This document shows, piece by piece, positions 50,001 through 61,751 of a stretch of 64,000 nt of DNA. Source of the DNA: Chrysemys picta bellii (taxonomy: Eukaryota); contig NC_088796.1 of assembly GCF_011386835.1 (NCBI RefSeq), positions 89,466,001 to 89,530,000 on the forward strand, in the 5' to 3' direction. Position 1 is the first letter of the stretch, and each line of letters opens with the position of its first letter. Position numbers and translations under genes: made by a program. The notes beneath the pieces were generated by a model. The model saw only the letters and a program-made list of their open reading frames with translations, did not search any database and had not been told where the DNA came from.

Positions 50001-50528
50001 TTTCCTGGAGATAAGCACCTAAGTCAGGTCAACCCTATCTCATGAAAAAGCAGAGAGAGAGAGAGACCCATGGCAAAGACAGGTTTATGAGGCAACACAT
50101 TTATATTTATTAAGGCTGTGAAAACACGGATTTTGACTCCTGTGGTTTTGGGGATCTTTAAGTTTTGGGTTCATTTTAACTCAATCTAGTTAAGGCAAAG
50201 TACAAAATGATACAAAGAGTCCTATGTATTGCTTCCAATTTTCAAAGGGTTCCACCCAGAAGATCTACCCAGTGGCAAACTGTCCCAAGTCTTCTTACGA
50301 AGCCAGAATAAAATTCAAAATTCAGTTTAAAAAAAATTAATTCCTGTTTAGCATCAGGTAATGTTTCAATGCAAGATTCACATACATACCCCTCCTCTCA
50401 AAAGTAGATTCCCATTCTTGCAATCCTTCAAGGTACGGGACAGCTTTAACTTTAACATTAGTTCCACATGGAGAAACCTCAAGGTTTGGGCCTAAGTTTT
50501 GTCTCCATGTCTTTTAAATTAAATTAAT

Positions 50529-50712
50529 GGAGATATCCTATCTCCTAGACCTGGAAGGGACCTTGAAAGGTCATCAAGTCTAGCCCCCTGCCTTCACTAG
50601 CAGGACCAAGTACTGATTTTGCCCCAGATCCCTAAGTGGCCCCCTCAAGGATTGAACTCACAACCCTGGGTTTAGCAGGCCAATGCTCAAACCACTGAGC
50701 TATCCCTCCCCC
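50529..50712 (-). mobile_element. Tortoise Pol III/SINE (tRNA-derived head plus CR1-like 3' tail), full length
   Basis: Reverse strand GGGGAGGGATAGCTCAGTGGTTTGAGCATTGGCCTGCTAAACCCAGGGTTGTGAGTTCAATCC (A and B boxes), then ...GATGACCTTTCAAGGTCCCTTCCAG CR1-type tail. Confidence 0.92.
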
Positions 50713-52034
50713 GACTTGTTGTGTGTAATTCCCATCCTTACTCATAATACATTATTGTACAAAGGTTCCATCTTTCTCTGCTGGTATTTTAAAAAATACC
50801 CCTCTAAGAATGGTTTCTGTTACTGAGAAGTGACGAGCTGACTGACAGCTGATTGAGTGGTTATCATTTTGAACTAGCAGGTGTGATTCACTCTGAGAAA
50901 ACAGCACAGAAACATATGGGGTTTTGTGTATGTGTTTGTTCATCCTGAATTTCTTTTGCGATTAGGTTGGCTGCCTGTCAAGTATATTTTCTCAACCTGA
51001 CACTGACCTTTTATTTTAAACTCCTTTTCTGATTTGGATGGAGTATGTCCCCAACAGCAAAGCATGCTGATTCTAGTTAAAGCATTTTCAGATGTGCCAG
51101 CTATTGCTGAATCCTCCTGGTTGCCCTGTGTGCATACTTCTAACTTCACTGAAGACTGAGGCCCTGATTAATGGGCCTGAGTGCATCACTATTTAAAAAA
51201 GCATTTATGCATGTACTTAAATTTAAGGATCTGCTTAAGTCCCATTGACTAACAATGTGAGTAAAGCACATGAATTAAATGCATGCTTAAGTGCGTTCCT
51301 GAATAGGGATGTTTTCTTGAACTGGAGTCCAAATAACTGAGTTAAATGACCAACTCTTTCCAGAATTAGATGATACAGTAGTAGATGTAATCCATCCCTT
51401 TACAAGCCTGAAAATCCTGTATGCTGCTTCTTTAGACTGCAGCATATCCACAAGCAGTTAACTAAAAGTTTTCATTTCACTTAATAGTTTACAGCTTCCC
51501 CCCACCCTCTCTTTTTAATAAGAAATAATTCCAGATAAATAATATAATAACTAAACAAATTCGGGGGGGAAGTGATCAGGTGATGGGTTCACTATGATTG
51601 ATTATGTGATAACTCAATGTGTTAGTCAAACATGCAGTTTCCTTTCTTTTAGTGAGGTATCTCCAGTAATATAAATGAGGCAATTTCAGATCACTTCCAA
51701 ATCATTTGTGTGCATGTTAAAACAATTTCTGCTTTTGTTTTGTCCAGGGAGTTAAGAGGGAAGAAGTAGTGGAGGTGCTCTACTCTCAAGACACACATGC
51801 CATGGCCACACTCCCAGAATTCCAATCCACCCTTTGTGCCCCACTTTCCTAATAAACCTGATTCTCTGTTCCAAATGCGAGTGGATCAGCAAAGTGAAAT
51901 CGGCAAGACCTCTGACAGGCACTTCAAGGAAAACCACCCCAGGAGTATGTATGAAAGTTCACAGGGTAAGAAACACTTCTCATTATGACTAAACGATGAA
52001 TTTTATCGTAAAGCTTTGCATTAAAATTAAAGAG

Positions 52035-52250
52035 GAAGAATGGTCTCATGGTTAAGCAGTAGACTGGTATTCAGGATATCCAGGTTCCATCTTCCAGGCT
52101 CTGCCATAAACTTTCTACATGATTTTGGGCACATCACTTCAGTGCCCCCATTTGTAAAATAGTGATTATCTGAGAGGGAAGTATTATTAGCTCAGAGGAG
52201 TGCTGGGAGGATAGATTAATTAATGATGGTGAGTTGCTTAGATACTAATG
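52035..52250 (+). mobile_element. MIR-like SINE
   Basis: ATGGTTAAGCAGTAGACTGG...GGCTCTGCC...TGATTTTGGGCACATCACTT...TTTGTAAAATAG. Confidence 0.55.
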
Positions 52251-55200
52251 ATGGGGGTCCATACTTATGGATAATTGGGATTTCTGAGCCTAATGCTGGA
52301 GGTAGCCATCTTGCTAGAAAGTAATGTTGTTATTGACACAGGCAGTGCATGTGAGAACCTTATGGAAGAGAATGTAATACAGTTTAGTATCAATTTTAAG
52401 ATGTAAAAAATCAATTATCTTTTTTATAATCAGCGGTGCCATTAGCCTCTGCCAGACTCTGCTAACTCCATGCTTCTGTAACACAGGAATTGGGTAAAAA
52501 TCGAGGTTTGAGATTTTTGGATTCTGTTATTCAACACACCACCACCAGAAAATCCCCATAAACCAGGTGTGTATAAACAGCAGTGCAGCATTTGTCAATC
52601 ATTTACATGAGTGCAGCATTTGTCAATCATCCCAGGTCTGCTTCCTTTGCATTTATTTATTGTAATTGAATCAGTGGTTCAAAACCCTTGAACTTCATAT
52701 TCCATTTAAAACTAACTCAGGGCTGTTGCTGGCAAATGGGATGCCTCCTGGAAGAGAGTATACCAATACGAGAGAGAGGGAGAGAAAAAAAATAAAAGAA
52801 AGGAACTAAAAGCTTTTAACTTGCGCTGTACATGATAAAGATAGACTTCCTTCAAAGAGCACTGAGGCTTTCAAAAATCACAGGAGTGCAGAGAGGTCAC
52901 CCATAGATATTTGAATTATTAACACATGTTTAACCATTAAAGAAAGATGTATTGATAGAATATCAATGTGATTAATTATTTAGTTACACAAAGTAAAGCA
53001 TTGAAGAGAAATTAACTATTCACCACTCCTTGGTGAGGACAAGCCTTCAAGAAATGCATCATAAAAGGATTTGTTACTACGAGGCTTGTTAATAGCTTCC
53101 AGACCCAAAAAGCCTTAAAGTACCATGGAAGACGTGTACATGTTATTTGTATTTATCTTGGATACAACATGAGCCTTCATGATTTGATCTGCAATGAGAT
53201 GGAATGGAGAAAATTGTGATGAGCCAACTTTGTGTTTGAAGGGAAACGTGACATCTATTTCACATGTGGGGACCTATTAAAAACAAATAGGTTTTTAAAG
53301 GAAATTTGTACAGATGTGTTTTTTTTTTAAATCTATCCAGTAAGACATTTTGCACATGGAGTTTTCCACATCTGTACAACACACCTCCTTTGAGGGAGGG
53401 AGGTCTTACTATTGCTAATACGGATTCTGTGGGAAAAGGTAAAAGTCCTTTGTTAATATGTTCTGGCAGGGGAAAAAATGGTCCGCCACTGAAACTTGCA
53501 ACTCAGTGTTTGTCAATTGTTACAAAGAAAATCTTAGTGCATTGCACACCCATGTTTGAATAAACTCATGTCTGAAATTCCTCAGAAGCATTGACATAAA
53601 TATATTAAATTACACCACAGTTTCCTGAGTACCTGACTAACCATCCATATAATCCAACTGGATTTTTTAAAACACAGTCCCCAGATGTAGTATTAATAGC
53701 CTAACATGCTCACTTCTCTATGTAGCTTATAGAATATGGGAATATTACTGGGTAAACTTCAGACGGTTTGAAATTTGGCTTTTGTTGTGGATAATTACTA
53801 CAGATGGGAGGAATATGAAGTTTTCTGAACAATACAAAGGTAAGGGCTGAGCTCACAAATGCTCCCTCGCCCATCCTTTATGTTTCAGGCCCTGCTGTGG
53901 CAGGGCAGTGCTGGTTGGGCACTTGCCCTCCTCCTGACCAGAGAGACGCAAAATAAAGAACACTGATGTATGTATCTCCCCTGGCCTCCATGGTGAGGTG
54001 AGAGAAACACCTTTGCTCCATTTCAGCCTTTCTCTCTGGCCTCAGAAGGGAGAGTGAAGAAGAGAATCCCCAGTGGCGGCATTTGGAGACTTCCCTTTCC
54101 CAGGACTCAGAGAGGGGACTGAATTCCCTGTCAAGACCCTCTCAACCACAGATGGGCTGAAGCATCAAAAAGCAAGGGGTTACCAGGACACACTGCTACT
54201 CTCCCCCACCACTCCACGACTCCCTTCTCTCTCCATCAAACCTCCCCCTACTTCTCTGCTGCTGATTTGTGGGTGAAGCCAAGTATAGAGTAGGGCATCT
54301 CTCAGCCGCACAGTTAAATGGGAAGTCATCAAGTGGGAGCAGAAGTATTTTAATTCTGCTGCTGCTGCAGATTAGACAGGAAGACAACCTACATGCTAGC
54401 TGGGAGGGTGTGTTGAGAAAACAGGCAGACCCCCAGCAAGGATCTGTTCCATCAGATCCACCCTTAGAAGGCCAAGAGGTGGAGTCGGGCTGGCAAACCA
54501 TCATCTGAAAATATTGGGAAGGGACAAGGAAACTGTCAAAGGCCATTGCACCTCCCAACCATAGACAGCACCAGATAAGATGAATGCCAGAGCTGATGGA
54601 GGGAAAATGGACTTGTGTCCTATTCTGGGAAGGGTGATAGCAGGTTTAGTTGAGTATAAATCTCAAAAATAAAGAGCATCTGAATATAAATATTGAGTTA
54701 TTCACCCACCCTTACTAAGCTTCCCACCATGAGCTTATCTCAACTATCGGCACTTTCTGATAATATTTCTGCTTCTGTTAAGGTAAAAAAAAATCCTGTG
54801 TGAAGAGAGACCATTTTATGGCACTTCTGCTTATATGTTCTGGCCAGGACTGGGAAGGCAGGGATGTGAAAAGGGTGGAGGGTTGTTTGGGGTTTTTTTC
54901 CGGGGGGGAGGGGACTTTCATTCCAAAATGGCTAATTTTCTCCTTGTGTAAATGTATGAAAATAACGTTACTCATAGCCAGATGTGCAATTCATCTGGAA
55001 AAACAGAGAAAATCTGTATGCAAAAAATCAGGAACAGAAAAATCAATAATTTTATACATCTCCAGTCAGGAATTGTGCATATAATTCCCATGGGCCACAA
55101 AGAAAATGGAAAACTAAAAAGCAATGCAGCATATGGCTTCCAGGCTCTCTGGAGGCTAGAATTGTATCTCAAGGGGTTTTTTGGGTTGCCAGCTAGACAT

Positions 55201-55734
55201 TTTCAGTTTGTCAAGCTTGCGCATACCATATATTGTAAGTCACACATCAATTCATTAATCCACACTGCCAGTTAAAGAGGACTTGCAAAGGTAAGGTAGG
55301 ACATCATAGCAGCTTTAGCATTAAGTGCTGAATGCCCTAAACAGCCAAGCAAGGAGGAGCATTTGGTGCAGCTCCCCAGACTGTTGTTTGAGGCCTACTT
55401 TTTATCTACCATGGGTAATCAGCTCATGTTGTAAGGAAACACTCCAACCTGGATCTTACAGCTACCAAGAGCTTCATGCTCCTGCTGGTTTATAGGGTCA
55501 GGTGAGTTCTATTTTTTTTCTTTAATACATTGTATGTTTTCCTTTTTTCATTTGTATTTGATACCAACAGAGAAGGCAGCCAGATTATTAGTATACTTGC
55601 TAATTAGTCATGGGTGAATCTCAGAAGCTTCTGGGGTTTGGTTTAGATGCTTAACCAAAGCTCACTGAAATTATCAGGATCTTCTGAAGCTCCCTCCTTC
55701 TTTGATCATCCTTCCCTAATGCCTCCCTCTAAGG

Positions 55735-56045
55735 CAGGGGTAGGCAACCTATGGCACGCATGCCAAAGGTGGCACGCAAGCTGATTTTCAGTGGCACTCA
55801 CACTGCCTGGGTCCTGGCCACCAGTCCACGGGGCTTCACATTCTAATTTAATTTTAAATGACGCTTCTTAAACATTTTAAAAACCTTATTTACTTTACAT
55901 ACAACAGTAGTTTAATTAGATATTGCAGACTTATAGAAAGAGACCTTCTAAAAACATTAAAATGTAGTACTGGCACGCGAAACCTTAAATTAGAGTGACT
56001 AAATGAAGACTCGGCACACCACTTCTGAAAGGTTGCCGACCCCTG
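55735..56045. mobile_element. hAT-Charlie-like MITE (311 bp)
   Basis: TIRs CAGGGGTAGGCAACCT / AGGTTGCCGACCCCTG; exact 8-bp TSD CTCTAAGG (55727-55734, 56046-56053). Confidence 0.93.
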
Positions 56046-57039
56046 CTCTAAGGCCCCATGGACAGTGCAATTATGGCCACATACCTCAACTCATAACTCC
56101 ACACATATATTAATAATGCGAAGCTCATAAAGTGCACAAGAGCTCAGTCAGAGAGGCAATGGGACAGCCTGGGTGGGGGACTGTAGGGAGTCAAGGCAGG
56201 CTAGCTTGTGGCAGCTGCTGAGGGAGATGGGTCTCCTGTGAATCAGACTGGGATAGGGAGAGGCTTTGGAAATGAGTGTTGGTCAGGGAGCCAATCATGG
56301 TGTAACTGGTTCACATGGAAAATCTTTTGAGTTTGGTGTATAGGATTTTTTTGAATGGCACCAAGTTCCTGTCAGTGTGCAAACTGGTTTATCTTTCAAT
56401 GGCTCTTGGGCTCACCTTCAGCCCACTTCTCAAGCCTCCTCTGTATCCAGGACCTCACCCTTTTGAGACCCCTTCTCCTCCATTCATTCTTATAAGATGG
56501 CTTCAAATTTTAACCCAGATGGTCATGGCACCCACTGCACCCCCTAGTCAGCCTGGACTATCTTCTCTGAGGTACAACCCCTTAGGTTTCAGTAGGCGGT
56601 CTTGTTGCTGTGAAGGTTAGGAGCCTTCCCTGTTTAGTTCCTTAGCTGTAGTAGAACTTAGGAGCATCACAGGGCAGGAAACTCTTGCTGTGAACCACAC
56701 GCTGCTCAGTTTTAACAGTAACTATTCCTTGACTCCAGCTCCCCTACTCAGGCCTGTCACTCAGAAGTCTTCCCGTCTTCCTGGATGGTTTTGCGTATGT
56801 CCTGGGAAAGGAGGTTTATGGCACTGGGCTGAAGGACTGGAGACATTTCTCAGCTGTAATAGACTGGTATGAAAAGCAGGGAGGTTTGTAGGAACTAGCT
56901 AGAATTGTGTATGAGGGGGTTCTCCACAGTGCTCTGCTACATAACTTTGGGGAAGCTGCTGCATACTTTAGGTCTAGTGTACTTACACAAAAAGAACAGA
57001 AGTACTTGTGGCACCTTAGAGACTAACAAATTTATTTGA

Positions 57040-57079
57040 GCATAAGCTTTCGTGGGCTACAGCCCACTTCATCGGATGC
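57040..57079 (-). ncRNA. Minimal type-I hammerhead ribozyme motif (Penelope-associated)
   Basis: RNA 5'-GCAU CCGAUGA A GUGGGC-UGUA-GCCCAC GAAA GCUU AUGC-3': stem I GCAU/AUGC, near-canonical core (CCGAUGA versus CUGANGA), 6-bp stem II, GAAA, palindromic AAGCUU at stem III. Confidence 0.7.
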
Positions 57080-57107
57080 ATGCAGTGGAAAATACAGTAG
57101 GAAGATT

Positions 57108-57136
57108 TTATATATATATAAATATATATATATATA
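57108..57136. repeat. (TA)n microsatellite inside the Penelope 3' region
   Basis: Interrupted TA run. Confidence 0.85.
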
Positions 57137-57325
57137 CACAGAGAGCATGAAACAATGGCTGTTAACATACACACTATAAGGAGAGTGATCAGTTAAGATG
57201 AGCTTTTATCAGCAGGAGAGAAAAAGAACTGTTTGTAGTGGTAATGAAAATGGCCCATTTCCAGCAATTGACAAGGAGATATGAGGAACTGTATGGCGGG
57301 GAAAAATAAGCATGGGGAAATAGTT

Positions 57326-57610
57326 TTACTTTGTGTAATGGCCCATCCACTCCCAGTCTTTATTCAAGCCTAATTTAATGGTGTCCAATTTGCAAATTAA
57401 TTCCAATTCAGCAGTCTCTCGTTGGAGTCTGTTTTTGAAGTTTTTTTGTTGTTGTAATATTGCGACTTTTAGGTCTGTAATCGAGTGACCAGGGAGATTG
57501 AAGTGTTCTCCACCTGGTTTTTGAATGTTATAATTCTTGCCGTCTGATTTGTGTCCATTTATTCTTTTATGTAGAGACTGGTTTGACCAATGTACAAGGC
57601 AGAGGGGCAT
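57326..57610 (-). pseudogene. Penelope GIY-YIG endonuclease C-terminal remnant
   Basis: QSLHKRINGHKSD...QKPGGEHFNLPGHSITDLKVAILQQ.KNFKNRLQRETAELELICKLDTIKLGLNKD. Confidence 0.85.
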
Positions 57611-57799
57611 TGCTGGCACATGATGCTGGCACAAATCAGGTGCCACGAGTACTTCTGTTCTTTTTGCAGATACAGACTAACACGGCTGCTACTCTGAAAC
57701 CTGTACTTACACAGTATGTGGGGGACAGAAGACATCTAGTGTGGAGGAGAGGAGGCTCTAGGCCCATTTGCTCTGACCATCAGCAAGGGTCTTCTAGTT

Positions 57800-57888
57800 T
57801 ACTACTTACACTGCACTTTGCATCTTCAAAGCACTTTACAAACATTAACTAATTAAGCCTCACAACACCCCTACACAGTAGGTATAAG
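57800..57888 (-). mobile_element. MIR-like SINE tail interrupted by the 57889 MITE
   Basis: CATCTTCAAAGCACTTTACAAACATTAACTAATTAAGCCTCACAACACCCCT...AGTAGG. Confidence 0.6.
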
Positions 57889-58467
57889 CATAGGCGGCGA
57901 GTTATATTCTTTTGTGGTGCCCGGGCTCCAGGAATATTGAGGGCTAGGGGCCCTGCTCCACCGGCCCCCAGCCCCCGCCTGCCAACTCTTTCCCCCTCCC
58001 CCCTCGCCCCGCCTTGTCCCTGCCTGAAAGAAAGTGGTGTGCGCCTCTCCAGTGCCTGCTTGTGCTGCCGTAGTGGCATCCTACACTACACCGGCTCCCG
58101 GCTCCCGGCATCAACTGCTGTCTGCTGCCCCAGGGTCCTAGTGCCCCACATCCGCTAATGGCAGGGCAGGCTGTCATTCCCCTGCCCTTCTGCCCTAGCC
58201 CTGAGCCTCACCAACGCCCAAACCCCTCATCCCCCCACACCCTAATCCTCTGCCCCAGCCCTGAGCCCCCTCCTGCATCATGAACCCCTCATCCTCAGCC
58301 CCACAGCCCACACCCTAACCCTCTGTCCTAGCCCTCAGCCCCCTCCCATACCCCAAACCCTCATCCTCAGCCCTCACCCCTGCACCCCCTCCTATCCCCA
58401 AACTCCCTCCCAGAGCCTGCACCCCTTCCCCCTTCCCACACAAATTTCTACAAACCTGCCACCCATG
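57889..58467. mobile_element. hAT-like MITE (579 bp) with C-rich internal tandem repeats
   Basis: Degenerate TIRs CATAGGCGGCGAGTT / (rc) CATGGGTGGCAGGTT; exact 8-bp TSD GGTATAAG (57881-57888, 58468-58475). Confidence 0.88.
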
Positions 58468-60769
58468 GGTATAAGTTATTATCATTAAGTACGAAAGGCT
58501 CTGGACTCTCTTCCCTCCAGACAGTAGAAGTTGTCAGGGGAAATTCTAACCCTGCAGGCTGCAACCCCTTCTTGTCTTTGGCTTTCTCTTGTAAATCACA
58601 TTCACAGACTCAATTCAAAACTGAGGAGCTGTGAAAGTCCTTGTACCTCTCCTATGAATTTCTGAGTACTCTGGGATTTGCTACTTATCCATTGCACCTA
58701 TCGCTAGCGTCAGCATGAAGTTATTAGTCGTCTTATTGCTTTGTATGGAAGTTCTGTGATTCTTCTCTCTTTCCTTCATTATCTTCCTCTTTCCTCAAAA
58801 ATTCAGATTCTAGTGGGCCTGCTGGCAATGTAATAAGTGCCAACAATATGTTTTAATGGTTTCAGGAAACTCAGTTATAAAGCACTTTCCAAAGCAGAGC
58901 ATGGGGAAAGACTAATGCATATATTACTTAGCAGTGAAGGAATGAGGGAAAAGCAAGAGAGCACCTATTTGTTTGGGGTTTTTTAGTCTGATCTTGCTTT
59001 CAATGAAATCAATGGTAAAACTCCCATTGACTTTAATGGCCTTTATTACAGTAATCTGAAACCCTTAAATTTTCAAAGGGATATAAAGGATATGGGCATT
59101 AGTCCCCATGAAGGTCAATGTGCCTAAAGCCTGCACCTCTGTCTGAAAGGTGGCAGTGTTTTATTTATAGAGTGGAATAAATGACTGGAATGGGGAGCAT
59201 AATCCCAAAATGCATTGCAAGGCAAACTAAATGCCTGTGTCAAAGATTATCCCATAACAAGAGAATTTCCTGCAAAGCTTGGACCAATTTGTCTTCTTGT
59301 GTTGAAGTGCCTGGTAAGTATTTATGTAAGGAAGCTGCACTAAGAAGACTCAAAAGCACTCGTAGCATTGGCTGCTGTGAAATGAACCTTTGGCTAGCAC
59401 ATGTCAGAAGTGGAGACCACCCGCTCCTTTACTCCTGATAAGGGAATTCTCTATAGCACTAATGGCAGCCCCATTAATGGTTCAGATCCCCCAGAAATCA
59501 AATTGCTGTTCAATAGAGCCCCTTGAGAGGTTCTGGGTTTAATTTTTATAGTCATTATAGGGCTGTTAATATGCCACATTAAAGAGACTCTTTGTAGCTG
59601 AGAAAAGCAGAGTGAGAGAAAACAGAATGACAGCTGTTCTGTCAGTCACTTGCTATTCTGTGCAAGGCAGCTGCTTATTATTATCGCTTATTATTTACCA
59701 TTTAAGCTAGTCACTTTAACAAAAAAATTATATAAAAAGTCCTACATGGCCACAAAAAAAGACAAAACTGGTCTTTGGGGCTTTGGCAACTTTTTTGTGG
59801 CCAGATACACATTTAAGTTGATACTTTTAAATAAATCTCATTACTTTCTCCTGCTGCCACCTCAGCTGCCATATTAAAGTGATCAAGTTGACCACAGATT
59901 TAATAAATGGAAATATGCAGCTCACTTAGCCTTTAAACCACATAAATACCTAAGAGGGATTTCTTTGAGTTCTGACGTTCATCATGAAACTACTGTTTAA
60001 GCTTAATCAGCTAGACTTCAGGCTGTGTTTTCAATCCATGATCAAGCATTCAAAAAACCCAGCCATCTTTCACCAGTATCCATTGCATGGACTAAATATT
60101 GAACAAATCTTTATCAATGCTGAGAGAATCTCAAAAGTTTTATAGAGGTTTTGTTTGAGTAAACACAAAACATTCCAGAAACTTGTATGAATTTTTGGAA
60201 GCTAAACTCTCCCTCATACCTGCCCTTACCAAATGACCACTTTATTAAGAACATACTGTAGTGCAGATGCACAAGGGGGCAGAGTTAGGGTTGTGTGCTT
60301 AACCTTAACTAAGGCATTTCCTGACTTTGGCATCCTTAACTGTGTAAACTTAACATTCTCTTCTCTGTTCTTTGCATTTCATTACCTAGGCTTTTTTAAG
60401 GGAAAAAAGAAAGAATTAAAAAAAAATCACTTTTCAGAATAAAGACCTTCAGTATCTAAGGACTCCAAAATGTTCTTGTCTCCCCCCAAAAGACTGCTGT
60501 GAGAGTGTGAAGTTTATACTAAGCTTCAATTGACGGAGGACACCAGGACCAAGCCACTGAGGAAGAGGAGAAGGCAAACAACTTTGCACTTTCTCCCATG
60601 TTGCTCTTTATACACAGGAAGAGCTCCCTGTAAAAATCTGCATTGTCCTCCTTCAGATCCATCCTTATAACTCTTCTCTGACAGGATCCCTACAAAATAC
60701 TTGACAATGGCTAGACAGCTAGTGTAATGCTACTGCTGCTTATTGTGCCAATCGGTATAGTCCCATTGT

Positions 60770-60940
60770 TGCCATGTCCTGCTCCCATCTGTTTGTTGTA
60801 GTCACCTGTTGCTGCTTGATTTATTACCTAGATTATAAACTGTTAGGGATGGTGTCCATCACTTTCCTATGTGTTTATACAGTGCCTAGCACAATTGGGC
60901 TGGAGTCTCTAGAAGCTAGTGCAATACAGATAATAAATGA
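60770..60940 (+). mobile_element. L2/amniote-SINE 3' tail fragment
   Basis: TAGATTATAAACTGTTAGGG...GTGTTTATACAGTGCCTAGCACAATTGGG...AATAAAT. Confidence 0.55.
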
Positions 60941-61751
60941 ATAAAGGTGGTGGGTGGAGGAGAAAGGAGGAAAGAAGAAGAGGAGGAAAGTGCTTTTTGC
61001 CATATCTGGGTTTTCCAAAACATTCAGACCATATTCTTGGTTGGTTCAGAGAAATTCAAGTTATGGGGCAGTTAACTACAAAAGTTAATATAGCTGTAAT
61101 TGTATGCACAGGCAACCTGCATGGGCATAACTTTGGAGGTTCTTCTATGGTGTGCTGAGGAAGCTCCTTTTCTGCATATTTTAGGAGCTCCACAAGAGGG
61201 TACCCCTTACCTGTGCACTTTGTAAAGTCTGCAGGAGGGAAATCCTCTCTTGTGCTCCTAAAGAATTTAGTGCACAGAGCAATTAGGTGTGCAAACATAC
61301 ATGATGCAGCTGGGATCTTCAAAGATGCCTTAGGGAGTCAGGCACCTAAGACTGGGAGGTGGCCACCAGACTTCCTTAGGCTCTGTTGTGAATTCCATAC
61401 ACCCATTCTAGCAAACTTAGTAAAAGATACTCTGTGCTTGCTCACTAAGTGATTTTTAAAATGCTTACAACTTGGTCAAATCCAAACTAATTTTCCCTTG
61501 ACTTAGGCTTGCACGGCTCCTTAATGGGACTATTTCCATATCAAATATCAGCACTCCATCCTCAGCCATTTTGACTGCAGGGATGTTCAAAAACAAAGGT
61601 CTTAAGGAGTTCTTTTATATTGAGAAAATTGTATTTTTCCCTTCTCCTTGCACTGCAAAATGCTTTGTATTGGAAGGCAAAACTGGGCCTGATTTTCTTT
61701 TATTTACAGTGTTTCTTGTATCTTCTTTTATATTCTAATGTACTATATTGG

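Larger units (their letters stand above)
56990..57703 (-). mobile_element. Penelope-like retroelement, 5'-truncated, with inverted terminal segment
   Basis: GIY-YIG endonuclease C-terminus on the minus strand; 27-bp inverted repeat 56989-57015 / 57639-57665; flanking direct repeat TGTACTTACACA (56978-56989, 57702-57713). Confidence 0.88.

Noticed and set aside
50645-50712. tRNA gene
   Set aside because: It is the tRNA-derived head of a Pol III/SINE, continuous with a CR1-type tail.
55207-55290. 84-nt exon-like unit with AAG|GTAAGG donor
   Set aside because: Stops in all three frames and a short pyrimidine tract; no support for coding.
58195-58440. CCCTAA-containing repeats resembling telomeric or CRISPR-like arrays
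   Set aside because: Degenerate C-rich tandem units inside a TSD-bounded MITE; no regular TTAGGG array and no repeat-spacer structure.
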